Shown here piece by piece: positions 27,328 to 42,160 of a stretch of 64,000 nt of DNA (positions within the stretch are counted from its first letter, which is position 1; each line of letters starts with the position of its first letter). Position numbers and translations under genes: made by a program. Source of the stretch: the human T2T-CHM13v2.0 reference genome, Homo sapiens; assembly GCF_009914755.1 (NCBI RefSeq), contig NC_060944.1; one strand, given 5' to 3'. Below the pieces are notes generated by a model, which ran no database searches, had not been told where the DNA came from, and saw only the letters and a program-made list of their open reading frames with translations.

Positions 27328-28514
27328 GATGTCCACATCCTAATCTACAGCACCTGTGAATATGTGATCTTCCATAGCAACACAGACTTTCTGTATGTGA
27401 TTGGGATTTGGAGATTACCCTGAATGATCCTGGTGGGCCCATTATAGTCACAGGGTCCGCTATAATAAGGAAACAGTAGGGTCAGAGGCAGAGAAGGAGA
27501 TGTGACAATGGAAGGAGAGGTAAAAGCACTGTGAGGAAGGAACCACAAACCAAGAAATGCAGGCAGCCTCTAGATGCTAGGAAAGGAAAGGAAATGGATT
27601 CCCCTAGATCCTCCAGAAGAAACACAGCCCTTCAGACCTACATTAGTGTGAGATGATCAATGTGTGTTTTTAAGCCGTGAGGTTTGTGGAAATTCATTAC
27701 ATCAGCAATAGCAGATGAATACACCTGGACAGAAGGAATGCTAAATTGTGACCATTCTGGGCTTTTTCTCTGATGAGTGCTGTTTCTTGTGTTTTAGCAG
27801 GCAGTTAGCTTGGTGGAATTTGAACTTCAAATCCTGTTGCTAGGACGACATTTCCTGTCTCAGTTCACATCTTTATCTTCCCTAAGCTGAGGTTTCCGAT
27901 TATGTGGCCGGAATCCCCCTGGAGTCCCTGTGGCCTGGTGCCTGCACTTTGTCAGCCACCCTTAGCCTCAGGCCAAAAGCCACAAAGAAAAGCCCTTGCT
28001 TTGAGCAGTGGCCTCCTCCCCTGCTCTCTCCACTCTCCAGGCTTTCAGGTGTTTGGATCCGGGGGTACTTGGAGTGTTCTTTTGTTTCTGAATTGGTTCT
28101 CAGAAAGACAGAGTGGAAAAGACGACAACTTTTCTAGCACTGGGTTCCAGCCTGGTTTCATTACTTACTCGCTGCATGACCTTGGGCAGCTGAGCTTGTG
28201 TCAGCCTCAGTTTCCCCATCCGTAGGTCTCTACATCAGAGGATAGTGTCTGCATCGATGAGCAAATGCACGTATTTGTAAGGTGCTGGATCCAAGCTTGG
28301 TCTCCTTGTTATTTTCCAAGCATCTCTCTGCTGCTCATGGAAGGACACCCCCAAAACTAACTGCTGGACAGATTTTCCAAGCCTTATCAGTTCATCCAAA
28401 TGGTTAACTCTAAGTTTCTTTCCTGTCCGAAAAATAAAACTGTAAACAGTGATACAGAGCCATGGGTTGTTATTCAGGATTTGCAAACTTTATTTCCCCA
28501 AACCGGCTTTGCTA

Positions 28515-28978
<464 letters not shown>

Positions 28979-29550
28979 TTATGGGACATTTGCTTCCTGG
29001 GAGTCTACAGTGTGGTGGTCCCTGCCCTGGGTGCTGGACACAGCAGCAAACAAGGCAGACACAGCCCGCCCTTGTAGCATGGACTTCTGCTCACAGCGCT
29101 GGGCACGTGCCTGGGTGTAAAACCACAACTGTGATCAGTGGAATGGGCGGGGGTGTCCTGTGAGTGTCCGAGATAGGCATTGATTGGGTCGTGGAGGCTA
29201 GTGGGTCACGCTGAGGTCTGATGGCTGAGTAGAATTTGCCTGGCCGGGTGGGAGGGAAAGGACAAGAGGAAGCAGCAAGAGCCTGTGCACAGGCCCTGTT
29301 GGGGTAAGGGACATGGTAAGTTCCAGAACTGCAGGAAGGCCTTGGAGGGCTGGAGCTCGGAGGAGGGCATGTGGGGAGGATAGGAAGTTAGGGAGCGGGC
29401 GGTAGGGTTGCTAGACTCAGTAAATGTAAATACAGGATGCCCAGTTAAACTTGAATTTCAGGAAAAAGTCAAATACTTTTTTAGTATAAGTGTGTCTCAA
29501 GTGCTGTATGGGACATACTTATACATACTCACACTAGAAAAGTATTCATT

Positions 29551-30162
<612 letters not shown>

Positions 30163-30888
30163 CTACTACTACTGATAATAATAACTCGTTGTTTATCTGA
30201 AATTCTAATTTAATGGCATCTTGTTTTCTATTTGGTAACCCTATGAGCAGGGTCTTGCAGAACAGGGCAATGAACTTGTTCTCAAACCAGGAACAACGGT
30301 GGGCTGTAGAGCTACGCTGGGAGCAGCAGTATCCAGGCAGCATTTGGAGGTTAGCTGCATGCTGGGGAGAACGGATGGGAGCGCGCGAGGGGCAGAGAAG
30401 GACTGGTGAAGGCTGCTGCAGTGCCCAGGGGAGCCCCTGAGCATCGGAGGCTTGGGGAGGCCCCAGGTGCTGCGGGGTGGAGAAATGCACTGGAGTGGAA
30501 TCTTGCCTGTGTCTGCTACTAGAAGGGAAGCTGCCCTTTGTCACAGGGCGATCACTCACTGGGTGCCGGAGGATGTGGTACTGACGAAGCGGCCAGGCTG
30601 GGATCCTTGCTTGATGTCACTTGATAGCTCCTTGATGTCACTAAGAGCCATCATCCTGCTCACAGCCCCTCCCCACCCCAAAATGAGAGCTGCTCAGCCC
30701 AGACAGACGTCTTACCCTCTGCTTGTTTTTGTGATTCAAAAATGAGTCATCCACCCCAGGCAAGAGCAGGCTGAGGACCTTTTCCTTGGCTGGGAGTTTG
30801 GGGGTTGGGTGGCTCTTCCGGAGGCTACAGGGTTCAGACAGCGTCTTGTCTGCAAGATTAATTCCTTCCAGTGCAAGAAACTTAAAGG

Positions 30889-31160
30889 GGCCAGATGCGG
30901 TGGCTCACACCTGTAATCCCAGCGCTTTGGGAGTCCAAGCTGGGAGGATCACATGAGCCTAGGAGTTCAAGATCAGCTTGGGCAACATAGCAAGACGCCA
31001 TCTCTACAAAAATAAGCAAAATTAGCTTAGCTGAGCATGGTTGCGTGCACTTGTAGTCCCAGCTATTCAGGAGGCTGAGGCAGGAGGATCACTTGAGCTC
31101 AGGAGTTTTAGGCTGCAGTGAGCTGTGCTTGTGCCACTGACCATCAGCCTGGACAACAGT
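30889..31160 (+). mobile_element. AluJ, tail-less, joined directly to a MIR 3' half (31161-31275)
   Basis: The Alu ends at cagcctggacaacag. MIR sequence tctgtaagatgaga...ggattaaatgag follows immediately. Confidence 0.85.
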
Positions 31161-31329
31161 TCTGTAAGATGAGAACAAGAATAGTGCCTGGTTCCTGGGG
31201 CTGTTCCAGGATTAAATGAGACAGAGCTTATGAAAAATCTTGGGATATAGTAGATGCTCAGTTAATGTTATTTGCTTTCTTCCCTCCCTGTCATGTCAAC
31301 AGAGAAGCTGGCAAAGTGAATGTCAAGAG

Positions 31330-31633
31330 CAGGAGGTCAGAAAACATGTTCCTGTCAAAGCCCAGATGGAAAATACTCTAGGCTTTGCGGGCCAGACAGA
31401 AGCCGCCACAGGCAACATGCAAATAACGAAGGATGGCCGTGTTCCCATAAAACTTCATTTATTGACTCCGCTGTTTGAGTTTCAAATAATCTTCATGTAA
31501 TTTTCAAATGTCACATGACATTAGATTTTCCCCCCAACCATTTAGCTATGTAAACACTAGTTTTAGCTCATGGAGTGCACAGAAACGGGCTGTGGGCTGC
31601 ACGTGGCCCTTGGGCTGCAGTTTGCAACCCCTG
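31330..31633. mobile_element. MER58B hAT-Charlie element
   Basis: taggctttgcgggcca...ggccgtgttcccataaaactt...agtttgcaacccctg. Confidence 0.7.
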
Positions 31634-31919
31634 CCGAGAGTGAGGTTACCATCTGGCTGATCTGTGAGTTTTCTGACTCTATGAAGGAGGCGGTGAGGTT
31701 GTCAGAGTCTTGAACTAGATAGAACCAAACTCAAAGTTTTATCTTTTCCTAAGTTTCCAGAACCAAAAATATTCCTTGTGAGCCAACCTGAACTGCAAAG
31801 ATACTGATATATTTTCTAGAATTCTTTACTGGAAGCTCCCCACTGCTCCTCAAACTGTACCTGAATCAAATCAGTGAGTCCTGCTGGAGTCCCTGGAGCT
31901 CCTGGAGCTGGGGCTTAAA

Positions 31920-32022
31920 AGGGTGAGAAGGGCCTGGGGCAGACCTGGTTTTTAGTATTGAAAGTCCCACAACCCTGGGACCCCCTCAATCCAAGGCAAA
32001 CTGGGCCGATTGGTCACGGGAT
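31920..32022 (+). mobile_element. MER81-like hAT-Blackjack MITE, degenerate
   Basis: ttttagtattgaaagtcccac...cccctcaatccaaggcaaactggg...ttggtcac. Confidence 0.6.
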
Positions 32023-32207
32023 AAGTGGATTAATTTCTCCGGAATTTCAGGCCCCTGGATGCTTTCCTTCCCCATCATCTCAGGGATGTAGCCCTCTGGG
32101 GCCCCTGGAGGCTTTCCTTCCCCATCATCTTGGGGGTGGGGGGCACCCTCTGTGTGCTCAGATCCCCAGTGCCCTGTCCACCATGGTTAGGGGGACTAGG
32201 GCGCCCT

Positions 32208-32243
32208 GTCGCTTCTCAGCCTTTCGGCTAAGATCAAGTGTGG
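32208..32243 (+). pseudogene. U2 snRNA retrocopy (nt ~1-36 only)
   Basis: GTCGCTTCTCAGCCTTTCGGCTAAGATCAAGTGTGG versus U2 ATCGCTTCTCGGCCTTTTGGCTAAGATCAAGTGTAG, 32/36 identical. Flanked by AGGGCGCCCT and AGGGGGCCCT. Confidence 0.9.
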
Positions 32244-32489
32244 AAAGGGGGCCCTGTGGGAGGCTCATTTTCCAGCAGCCACAATCCCCAGGGCGGTGTG
32301 GGACCTGCATCTGGTACCGCAGGAAGCACAGCTCATTGCGGTGGGGGTCAGGTGTGATGGGATGGCCTGAAGGTCAGTTGTGGTGTGTGGGATGGGGGAC
32401 CTAGAAGATTCCTTGTCCCTTAGCCCTGACCTGTTGGCTGGGAGACGGAGAGAGGGCAGGAGGCTTGAGCTTGGCTTGCGAGAGGCCAC

Positions 32490-32613
32490 CAGGGTGACGG
32501 ACTCATCCCAGTTTCATCCCAGTTGGGATCGACTGTCCCACTATCAACAGTGAATGTCCTGCATCCTGGGAGCTCCCTCAATCCCCAGCAAACTGGGATA
32601 GTTGGTCACCTTA
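32490..32613 (+). mobile_element. MER81-like hAT-Blackjack MITE
   Basis: Inverted termini agggtgac...tcccagttt / aaactgggatagttggtcacctt. Confidence 0.7.
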
Positions 32614-33419
32614 GAGGTCACCTTAGCCTCTGGCAGGAGACAGCAGAGCCTGTTCCCAGTGCCCTGGCTGCTCCAGATGTCTTGGGGACCATTGGCCTTG
32701 CAGGTGCCGATCGTGAAGGCCCAGAAGGCAGGCCTACTGGGGTCTAGCCTCCCTTCTTCATAGCTGCATGACCCAGGACAGTCCCTCTACCCACTGAGCC
32801 TCAGTGTTTTAATCAGTAAAGAGGGTATTGTCAAGCAAGAACCTCTGAGCCTGTGGTGTGAAAGTTTTAGAGTACAGAATGGGTGCTTTGTGGAACAAGC
32901 TCTGATGAGGATGAAGTAGAAGATGGTGCAACAAGCTGGGATGCACCGTGACTCAGTTCTTGCTTGCTTGAGAGGAAAAGAAAAGACATGCCAAAGGAAA
33001 AGCAAGAGATCTCAGTCCTGGGGCTGGTGATGGGTCCTGAGACGGGTGTCTGGGTGGCCAGGCTGGGAGGTGAGGACTCTGGTCTGAGGAGGGGGCTCAG
33101 GAGCTGCTGCACCCCAAGCCCTGCTGGTCCCAGTGATTTCATGCATGACCCAGGCACACCCAGGGCCTGGGTTGGGACAGAGGGGTGATGCTTTAAGACT
33201 TGCTGTCAGCAGGTGGGTAGGCTGTGCCAGGGCGGGAAGAAGACATCATGCCAGCTTCCTCCCCCATAGCTGATGTGGAAAGAATGAGGCCCCTGGGCCC
33301 CCCTCACCAAAGGCGAGACCTTCCTCAGCGAAGCCTGCCCCTGAGCCAGACAAGTGGTAGCTTCCAGACCAGCCCTGAACAGGAGAAATGACAATCGCTA
33401 ACCCCAGATTTTACTCTCT

Positions 33420-34960
33420 TCTGTGTATTTATTCCAGTTAGTTCATGCTCCTAACTGGCGCCTTCCAGCAGTATTCAACATTTGATGCGACTCTTTTTGT
33501 TGTTAGGTGTTCCTGCAAAAGACATATTGTTGTTTTGTCTGTGCATGTATTTTACTTTATGGGACCGACAGATGTGACATAGATCTCATTGTTTCTTCTC
33601 TTTTCTCACTCAACATCACATCTTAAAGCACATCCATGTTGCTGTGTGTACATTGGGTCCATTGCATCTCAGCAGTCTAGGGGGTTCATCTCCCAGAGAT
33701 GGCTGGCCGGGGGGTCTCCAGGACCCACACCACATGCAGATATGTGATGCACATTCTCAGACACATCTACCTCTGGAAGTGAGTATGGTTTATTGGGCAT
33801 AGAGGCCCAGAAGTCAGAGCTGCTAGAATGCCAGAAAATCTACTAGATCCTACAACTCCCTGGGCAGAGCCCAAGAACTCCTACATCCTTACATGCCCTC
33901 CCAATCCCTGGCAATAACTGCCTTTTAAATTCTTGTCAGTTATTGTTTCATTTGCATATCTCTGACTACTAATGAATTTAACAACTTTCATATGTTTATC
34001 AGCTCTTTAGGTTTCCTTGTCTGTAAATTTGCCTGTTCGTATCTTTCATCCATTTTCCCATTGGGGTTCCTCTCTTTTTTTTGTTTATGTGCCAGGTTCT
34101 TGATAAAATCCACATATTACTCCCCTGTTGGTTTTAGATATTATAAATATCTTTTCTCAAGTTATCATTGTTCTGTTAATTTTGTCGAAGGTATCTTTTG
34201 TCAGCTGATGAAGCAGAAATTCTCAGTTTTGATGTAATTAAATGAATCAGGTTTTGGCTTTATGGTTTGTGCTCTTGAAATTTTGTTTCATAAACCATTC
34301 GCAATGTCTAGGTCACAAAGCTATTATCCCCATTTTCTTGCACGCTAACATTTGGTTTTTCCTTTTAAGTAAGGTCTTTGATTTCTATGGAGTCCACTTT
34401 ATGTGTTGTATTAGGCAGGTCAATGCCTGTTTTTCTTTAGCTCTCAAGTCCATTATTCCAACATCTATAAAATGACCCCATAGATTTCCGGCCCCTGCAT
34501 CACCACATCTTGAGTCCCTGTCGGTACATGGGACTTTCTCTGCCGGGCTGCTTTGGTCTATGTGTCTGTCCTTGTATTAGTACTGCATGGTTTTTATGAC
34601 TGTGTCTTTGTAGTGGGTGTTATGAGGCAAGAGGCACTTGGGGTACCCTAGTCCTGGCCCTGGGGAAGACTCCTTTTTACTCTCCTTTTGCAAAGTGGGT
34701 TTAGCTCTTCTTCATGGATTATTATTCCTCCATCTAAATGAATGTTAGTTTCATCAAAATCAAACTTGATCAGTTTGATTAAAGTTGTACTGAATTTATA
34801 GGTTCAACATATGAATCAGAGCAAGATACATATGTTTATTCAAGTCATCTTTTATTCAAATTAAATTTTTTTTCTACATAGAGCTCTTTTGTGCTCTTGG
34901 TGAAATAAACTCTCAGGAATGTTCTAGTTTTGATTGCTCTTGCGAAAGTTATCTTCCTTT
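33420..34960 (-). mobile_element. Highly decayed L1ME fragments
   Basis: catccatgttgctgtgtg; tttcatttgcatatctctgactactaatga; gcagaaattctcagttttgatgta. Confidence 0.5.
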
Positions 34961-35412
34961 TAAAAATGTTTCTAAGATTATTTTTAATTAAATAATAATT
35001 GTGTCTATTTGTGGGGTACAAAGCAATGTTTTGATCTATGTATACACCGTAGAAAGATTCAGTCAAGCTAATCAATATATTCATCATCTCACCAACTTAT
35101 CTTTTTTGTAGCGAGAACATTTAAAAATCTATCCTTTCATCAATTTTGAAATATACAGCACATAGGTATTAACTCTGATCACCATCCAGTGCAATAGATC
35201 GCTAAAACTTACTCCCTGAGTCTAACTGAAACTTTGGGCTCTTTAATCAACACTTTCCATTCCTCCCTGTGAATCCCAATCGTTCTGTTTCTTTGAGATC
35301 CACTTTTTTTAGATTTCACATATAAGTGAGATCATTACAGTATTTGTCTTTCTGTGCCTGGCTTATTTCACTTAGCATATTCCTCCAGTTCCATCCATGT
35401 TGTTGCAAATGA

Positions 35413-35814
<402 letters not shown>

Positions 35815-36205
35815 TGATGGACACTTAGCTTGCTTCCACTTCTTAGCTATTGCAAATAATGCTGAAATGAACATGAGAGTGTAGATTTCTCTTCAGTGTA
35901 TATACTATTTCAATTCTTCTGGATATATACACAGAGGTGGGATTGCTGGATCATGTAGTAATTCTATTTTTAGCTTTTTGAGGAACCTCCATGCTTCTTT
36001 ACAAAATGGCTGTACAAATTTACATTTCCACCAACATTGTACAAGTGTTCTCTTTGCATCCTCACTAGCACTTGTTCCCATTTGTCTTTTTGACACTAGC
36101 CATTCTAACAGGTGTGAGATGGTATCTCATTGTGGTTTTAATTTGCATTTCCCTGATGATATGACATGTTGAGCATTTTTTCCTGTATCAGTTGGCCATT
36201 CTATC

Positions 36206-36420
36206 TCTGACCAACACGGTGAAACCCCGTCTCCACTAAAAATACAAAAATGAGTTGAGTGTGGTGGTACATGCCTGTAATCCCAGGTACTCAGGGGGCT
36301 GAGGCAGGAGAATCACTTGAACCCAGGAGGCGCAGGTTGCGGTGAGCCGAGGTCATGCCATTGCACTCCATCCTGGGCAATAGAGTGAGACTCCATTTCA
36401 AAAAACAAAACAAAACAAAA
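36206..36420 (+). mobile_element. 5'-truncated AluS, no TSD
   Basis: Begins at ctgaccaacacggtgaaacccc and ends in a (CAAAA)n tail. Confidence 0.9.
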
Positions 36421-38749
36421 ATCAAGTTATTTGTTTTCTTGCTATTGAATTGTTTGAGTTCCTTAGATATTTTGAATATCTTATCAAAATAAGATATTTA
36501 AACCCTTATCAGATGTATGGCTTGGCCATTTTTCTTTTAATCTGCACATTATCTCTTCACTCTGTTGTGTCCTTTGCTTTGCAGAAATTTTTTAGTTTGT
36601 TGTAATCCCATTTGTCTATTTCTGGTTTTGTTGCCTGTGCTTTTGAAGTCCTGTTCAAGAAATTATTGCCCAGAACAATGCTGTGAAGCTTTCCTCTATG
36701 CTTTCTTCTAGTAGCTTTATGGTTTCAGTCTTATATTTAGATATTTTAGCAATTTTGAGTTGATTTTTGTCTATGTTGCGAGATAAGGGCCCAATTTCAT
36801 AGAAAGATATCTTTCCTAAAGTTTTATTTTCTAGTTCAATACTAGAAAGTGTAGAGCAGTGCTTTTGAGTTTTATCAGTCGATCTTGCTTCTGGCATTTC
36901 TGCTGCTTTGTTATCAGTTGGATATTGGGGTGTTGTTCTGTGCCTGACACTGTGCTGGCCCCTTTCAGATTGCCTCCGCACCCTGAGCCCAATAGATAGG
37001 AGTATGTCTGGGGGAGCTGTCTACACCAGCCAGAACACCTCCAGATAAAGGAGAACGGAATTTGTTATTGAGTGCACTCAAGCTGGAGTGTCTTTGTGCA
37101 AAAAAAACCATAGATCTGATTGTCGTTTAGAGAAATGAAGAGGTGGGGGTGTCTGCTCAGCTAGAAAGGGCTGGAGGCAACTTGGGTAAACTCTCACTTG
37201 AGTTTAACTTGCTTAATAAATGGCCCCTACCCTCAAATCCCAAAGAGATCATCCTACATGTGTTCCCATGCTAACATGTAGATTTCCTTAAACATTTAGG
37301 TACTCAGTTCACCTGGAGTCCACCTGTATGCAGTTTAAGCAGGTACACCATTGTATTCTTTATATAGGGAGATGGTTTTCCTAACATCATGTACAAAACT
37401 TGGGGTCCCTGTTTGTTTTCCCCACCCTACCTCAGGTGAGGGTTTGAGGCTGAGATTTTTCACCTGTGCAGGTAGCATTTCCCCAGACTGTCAGCTCCAG
37501 GGCAGGAATCACATCTTGTTTATTTACCTTTGGAGACTGGAAAGTCCATGGGGCAGGGCTTTTGTCTGTTCTGTCTACCACATCCCACTGCATTCCTCAG
37601 CACCTCCCGGGCAGCCCTGGCAGGTGATTGGTGCTTTATGAATGCTTGGTAAATAGATGAGTGAATGAATAAATGAGGGAACGAAGGGATGAGTGGAGAG
37701 TCCCTGTGCCTGACACACAGTAAGTACCTTGTAAATGCTTAACATTTGCCCATTTAAGCTCCAGTCTCCCCATGTGTGATCTGTCTCTCTCCTCCCTCCG
37801 TGGGACCAGCTGAGGTTATGGGGGCAAAGGGGCCTTGGAACATGCAAAGTGCAAACTCGTGACCGTGTTCTTGAGTTCTGGGTCCATTCTCGAAGCCACG
37901 TATGGCCTCTCCCCTGGGGGTGCCTGCAGAGCTCACCTGCAGATTTGTTACTCGTAAGTGTCGTACACCAAGAGGGACAACAGCAGCCCCATCTTTCCAG
38001 TGCTTTTGCAGCTGATGTAAGCACAAGAAACTCAGGTGAAGAAAATGGCAAAGCACTCGAGATCAGCCACAAAACCCAAGTCAGGGCTTTATTTGATCTG
38101 TAATGGGAAGGAAAAAAAAATCCCCAAACTTTTGTGGTGATAGGAAGACCAAATAGTAAGAAATAAAACCAGCACTTTGGCATAACTCAGTTGAAAAGGA
38201 CGCTTGAACCCATACTCTCATGAAGAGACCTTCACATTCCAAAGGCAAACGGCTGATTCCTGCCCACGCCAAGACCACTTCCTCTAGAAATTTTGGTTGC
38301 CTGTAGGATGGAAAAATCATCTCCTGGTTTCTGGCCTGACAGCTGTGAGAACATACAACCCTATGACTGCCCCCAGTTGCTGAGAAGTGCCGGATAATGC
38401 CCCTCTCCTCTTCTTTCCAGCAAGACGGCCCAACTGAGGCCTTCACAGCCCAGTCTGGGACTCAGGTCCAGGCAGGAGAAAGGTTCACAGGGAAGCAGCT
38501 GTTCATTTGGCAAAAAAGCCTCCTGGAGGAAACACTGACGTTAAATTGCAACAGGGAAACGATGTAGGGGATAGGTGTGTTCTGGCAAGAGAAGGGCTGC
38601 AAGGAAGGAGTGTGCTGCCTCTGAGGGTGCAGGAGCACAGCCAGCTGCACAGGGGCCCAGAAGACGACTGCTCTTGCGACTGTCCTGGGCTGTGAGAATG
38701 CCTGTCCCCAACAATAGAAATCAAATCAGGACACTGTCAGCTAGTCCCC

Positions 38750-39445
38750 ACCCATCTGTTCATCCCTGTATCCACCTATTCGCCCATCTACCCATCTAAC
38801 CACCCACCCATCCACCTATCATCCATCTATCCATCCAGCCATCCATCCACCCATCCATCCATCCACCCACCCATCCATCTATCCAGAAATCTATTCATCC
38901 ACCCACCCGCCCGCTTATCTATCTAACCATCCATCCATCCATCCATCCATCCATCCATCCATCCATCCATCCATCCATTTATCCATCCATCCACCTATTC
39001 TTCTTTCCATCCATCCATCCACCCATCCACCTATTCATCCATCCATCCACCTATTGATTCATTCATCCACCTATCCATCCATCCATCCATCCATCCATCC
39101 ATCCATCCATCCATCCACCTATTCTTCTTTCCATCCATCCATCCATCCATCCATCCATCCATCCATCCATCCACCTATTCATCCATCCATCCACCTATCC
39201 ATCCATCCATCCATCCATCCATCCATTTATCCACCCATCCATTTATCCATCCATCAATTTGCCCAGACACCTGCCTGTCCATTCGTCTATCTATCCACAT
39301 GCCCATCCATTCTTTCATCCATCTTTTAACCCATCCTTTCACCTATCCAACTGTTGATCCATACATTCATCAGTTTGTCTGTTTGTCCATCCATTCATGC
39401 ATCCATCCACCTAACTACTGATTTATCCATTCATCCACTCATCTG
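38750..39445. repeat. (CCAT)n degenerate microsatellite field
   Basis: About 700 bp of CCAT units with pure runs, followed by (GAT/GGT)n at ~39470-39575. Confidence 0.95.
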
Positions 39446-39884
39446 TTTGGTTTGAGCTTCCCTAGAAAATAATGATGATGGTGGTGGTGAAGATGGTGAT
39501 GGTGATGGTGATAATGATAGTGATGATATGGATGATATATTATATGTGATATGTGATAGTGCTGATATGGATGGAGGGAAGGTTCTAGGGTGAGGCTGTC
39601 CAGGTTGATTCTGGCTCTCTTGTACCAGTGAGGTGACTTTGGGCAGCCACTTCTTTTTTCTGGGCCTTGGTTTCCCTAACTGTGAATTGCAGCTAATCTT
39701 TGTGACTGACTCCCAGGTTTGTTTGTGAGGAAATGATGAGCCAGCACATGTGAAGTATGGTGTATACCTTCAATAAATGTGTTTGGATAAATAAATGAGT
39801 GCCTCCAGCCCCTGAGTGAAGTTAAAGGATAAATCAATAATTGTGGTCACTTTTGGAGTAGGGAATGAGAGAGGAGCTTAGGAA

Positions 39885-40260
39885 TTCATTCATTCATTTA
39901 CGCATTTACTTACACATTCATTCAACAAGTGCTGAGGCTGACTGTTGCCGGGCCCTGTCTTAGATATTGGGGGACACAGATGAGAAAGGGCTGTACCCTC
40001 ATGGAGCTTCCCGCCTGGTTAGGGCAGGCAGGTGAGGTGGCGAGCAGCTGGTGCTCATCCAGATAATAACTGCATTGGCAAATATAAGAGAGGAGCAATG
40101 CCTGGAGCAGACCGGGGTGTGGGAGAAAGCATGGGGGGCTTCACAAAGGAGGTGGCATCTGAGTGTACGTGAAGTTTACCTGAGAGGTGACCAGGCTGTG
40201 TGTTGGAAGCGGGGCTCCAAACAGAGGAAAGCTTGCAGTCAAGGGGGCGCTGGCGATGAG
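39885..40260 (-). mobile_element. L2 3' fragment
   Basis: attcattcattca...ccctcatggagctt...gcttcacaaaggaggtggcatctgag. Confidence 0.6.
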
Positions 40261-41954
40261 AGACATCTGAGTGACCTCAGACATATGGCATCACCCTGGC
40301 CCAGGAGGTTCATCAGCCCCCTTCTTCGGTGTTCTCAGAAGTAAATATAAAATATTTAGAGCAGAAAAGTTTCTCATGCATGGTAGCTAAAGTCATTTTA
40401 AAAAATAAGCAGAAAGAAGTTCATTGAAGAACCTTCTGGGTGTGGAGAGAAAACTAACAACACCTCTGAGGTGACATAAAACCCACAGGCTTATTTACCA
40501 GCTTGAACCGACTTGAACTTTCCCAGGTTCCAACAGAGAGGCTTGGAAGGCACTCCCTGGAGCCTCCTTCCCCACCCTCCGCTGGCCCGCTGGGCGCATC
40601 CTGCCCAGTGCTCCTCACACCTTCCTTCCTGAGCTCCACCATGGCCCAGCCTCCATGCCTTTTCCTTAGCTGAAATGCACACTCCCTTCCCCGCTCCCCA
40701 AAGCTGCCTTGCCCAGGAAGTCCTCTGGATTAATCAAGACAATTTGTCTGCACACAGCAGAAACCCAGTTGCTCAACTGCCACCGCCTGCAGCTAGCAGG
40801 TCCCTGGGGTAGCGTGAAAGACTGAAGGGCACCTGTGGTGACCAGACCCTCAGGGACTGGAACCGGGGCGGTATGGCAAGCTTGCTGTCACTCTCACTGT
40901 CTTTTCTGAGGGCCACGTTCTCTCCTGCTGCCGACTGACTTGTCCACAGTGCAGGGAACCCAGCAGCCACTGCTCTGTCAGCCCCAGTGACTCTGACGTG
41001 TGGATGCAGGTGGGTCCCACTCAGTCCCCACGTCCAGTCGTGGACCAATTGCTGCTGCCAGGGAGCTGGGGCCTCTGGCTGAGCTGACTTGGGTCCTCAC
41101 TTCAAGGGCTGTCTTGGGTTGGGTTTCCTCCGGAGCGGGTTCTAGGAGGAGGATTTGAGTGGAAGTAAGATATGGGAAGGTGAACCCCCGTTAAGCACGG
41201 CTGGGATCAGAGGAGGTAAGGCAGGAAGGGCAGGCAGGATGGGGCGTGCCCTCAGCCAGTCCCTCGGTGGCCAGCTGGGTGGGCTCCCTCCTTCCAGGGA
41301 GCACTGGAGACTGTGGGGAACACAGCACACACACCACAGAGTGATCCAGCAAGGGGCAAGGGAGCCAGGGTGCTCACCCCCACCCCACCTCACTGCATAA
41401 GGGCAGACGAAGGGTGTCAGCCAGAGGGCAGAGAGGGCCCTGATGGTCAGGGGGACAGCGTCTCTCAAGGAGGGGCTGCTGACAGCTGGACAGAAAGCCA
41501 GAGGGTGCAGAAAGGGCCATGGCCAGGGGCTGAGGGTGAGTCTCCGAGAGCCTGGGCTGTCCTGGGATCTTTCCAGGAGGAGGGCAGGTGGCCCCAGGTG
41601 ACAGGCTCCTGGCCAATGAAAAGTACCCCCCTCAGTCCCCTGAGTTCCTCTGCAGGGCTGAGCTCCAGTTGCCCATGGGCATAGCCCCGGGGGATAAGGT
41701 GCCTTGACTCGCCTCCTTTCCTTCCCCGTCACCTCCTTACCCCCCTACCCCCCTACTGCTGCACCCTGGTGTTGATTCTCAAATACACTACTGTACTTGC
41801 ACTTGAGTTTTGTCTCAGGATCTGTTGCTGGGGTACCCCAACCAAGACAGTGCTCCCTAAATCCTGTCTGGGCTCGGGATAGTACTATTCTGAGGGGACC
41901 CCGAGATCTTGCTTTGAAGAGTTTGGGAATAATCCCTTTGTAGGAAAGAAAGGA

Positions 41955-42160
41955 ACTAACATTTGCCCACCACGGATAAGACAGCCAGCAGGCCTGTCAC
42001 CTTTTCTTCTTATGCAATGACGCTGGGAAGTCAGTGCTATTATCAGCCCCTTTTTACAGATGAGAAAACAGTGGCTCAGAGAGAGTGGGACCTTGCTCAG
42101 CTCACACAGCTACCAAGTGACTAGGGCAGGCAGGACTTCAGCCTGGGCTCAGTGACTCTC
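41955..42160 (-). mobile_element. MIR SINE
   Basis: ttttacagatgagaaaacagtggctcagaga...ctcacacagcta. Confidence 0.75.

Noticed and set aside
38750-39445. CRISPR-like or other prokaryotic repeat array
   Set aside because: It is a simple tetranucleotide repeat without unique spacers, in primate DNA.
40236-40256. Possible CTCF site (caagggggcgctg)
   Set aside because: Only the 3' half matches the consensus, and it lies in a decayed L2.
41110-41849. Terminal inverted repeat-like ends (tgtcttgggttggg ... ccccaaccaagaca) suggesting a novel DNA transposon
   Set aside because: There is no TSD, and both ends resemble the 3' terminus of LTR16-type ERVL LTRs. Two oppositely oriented decayed LTRs are the simpler explanation.
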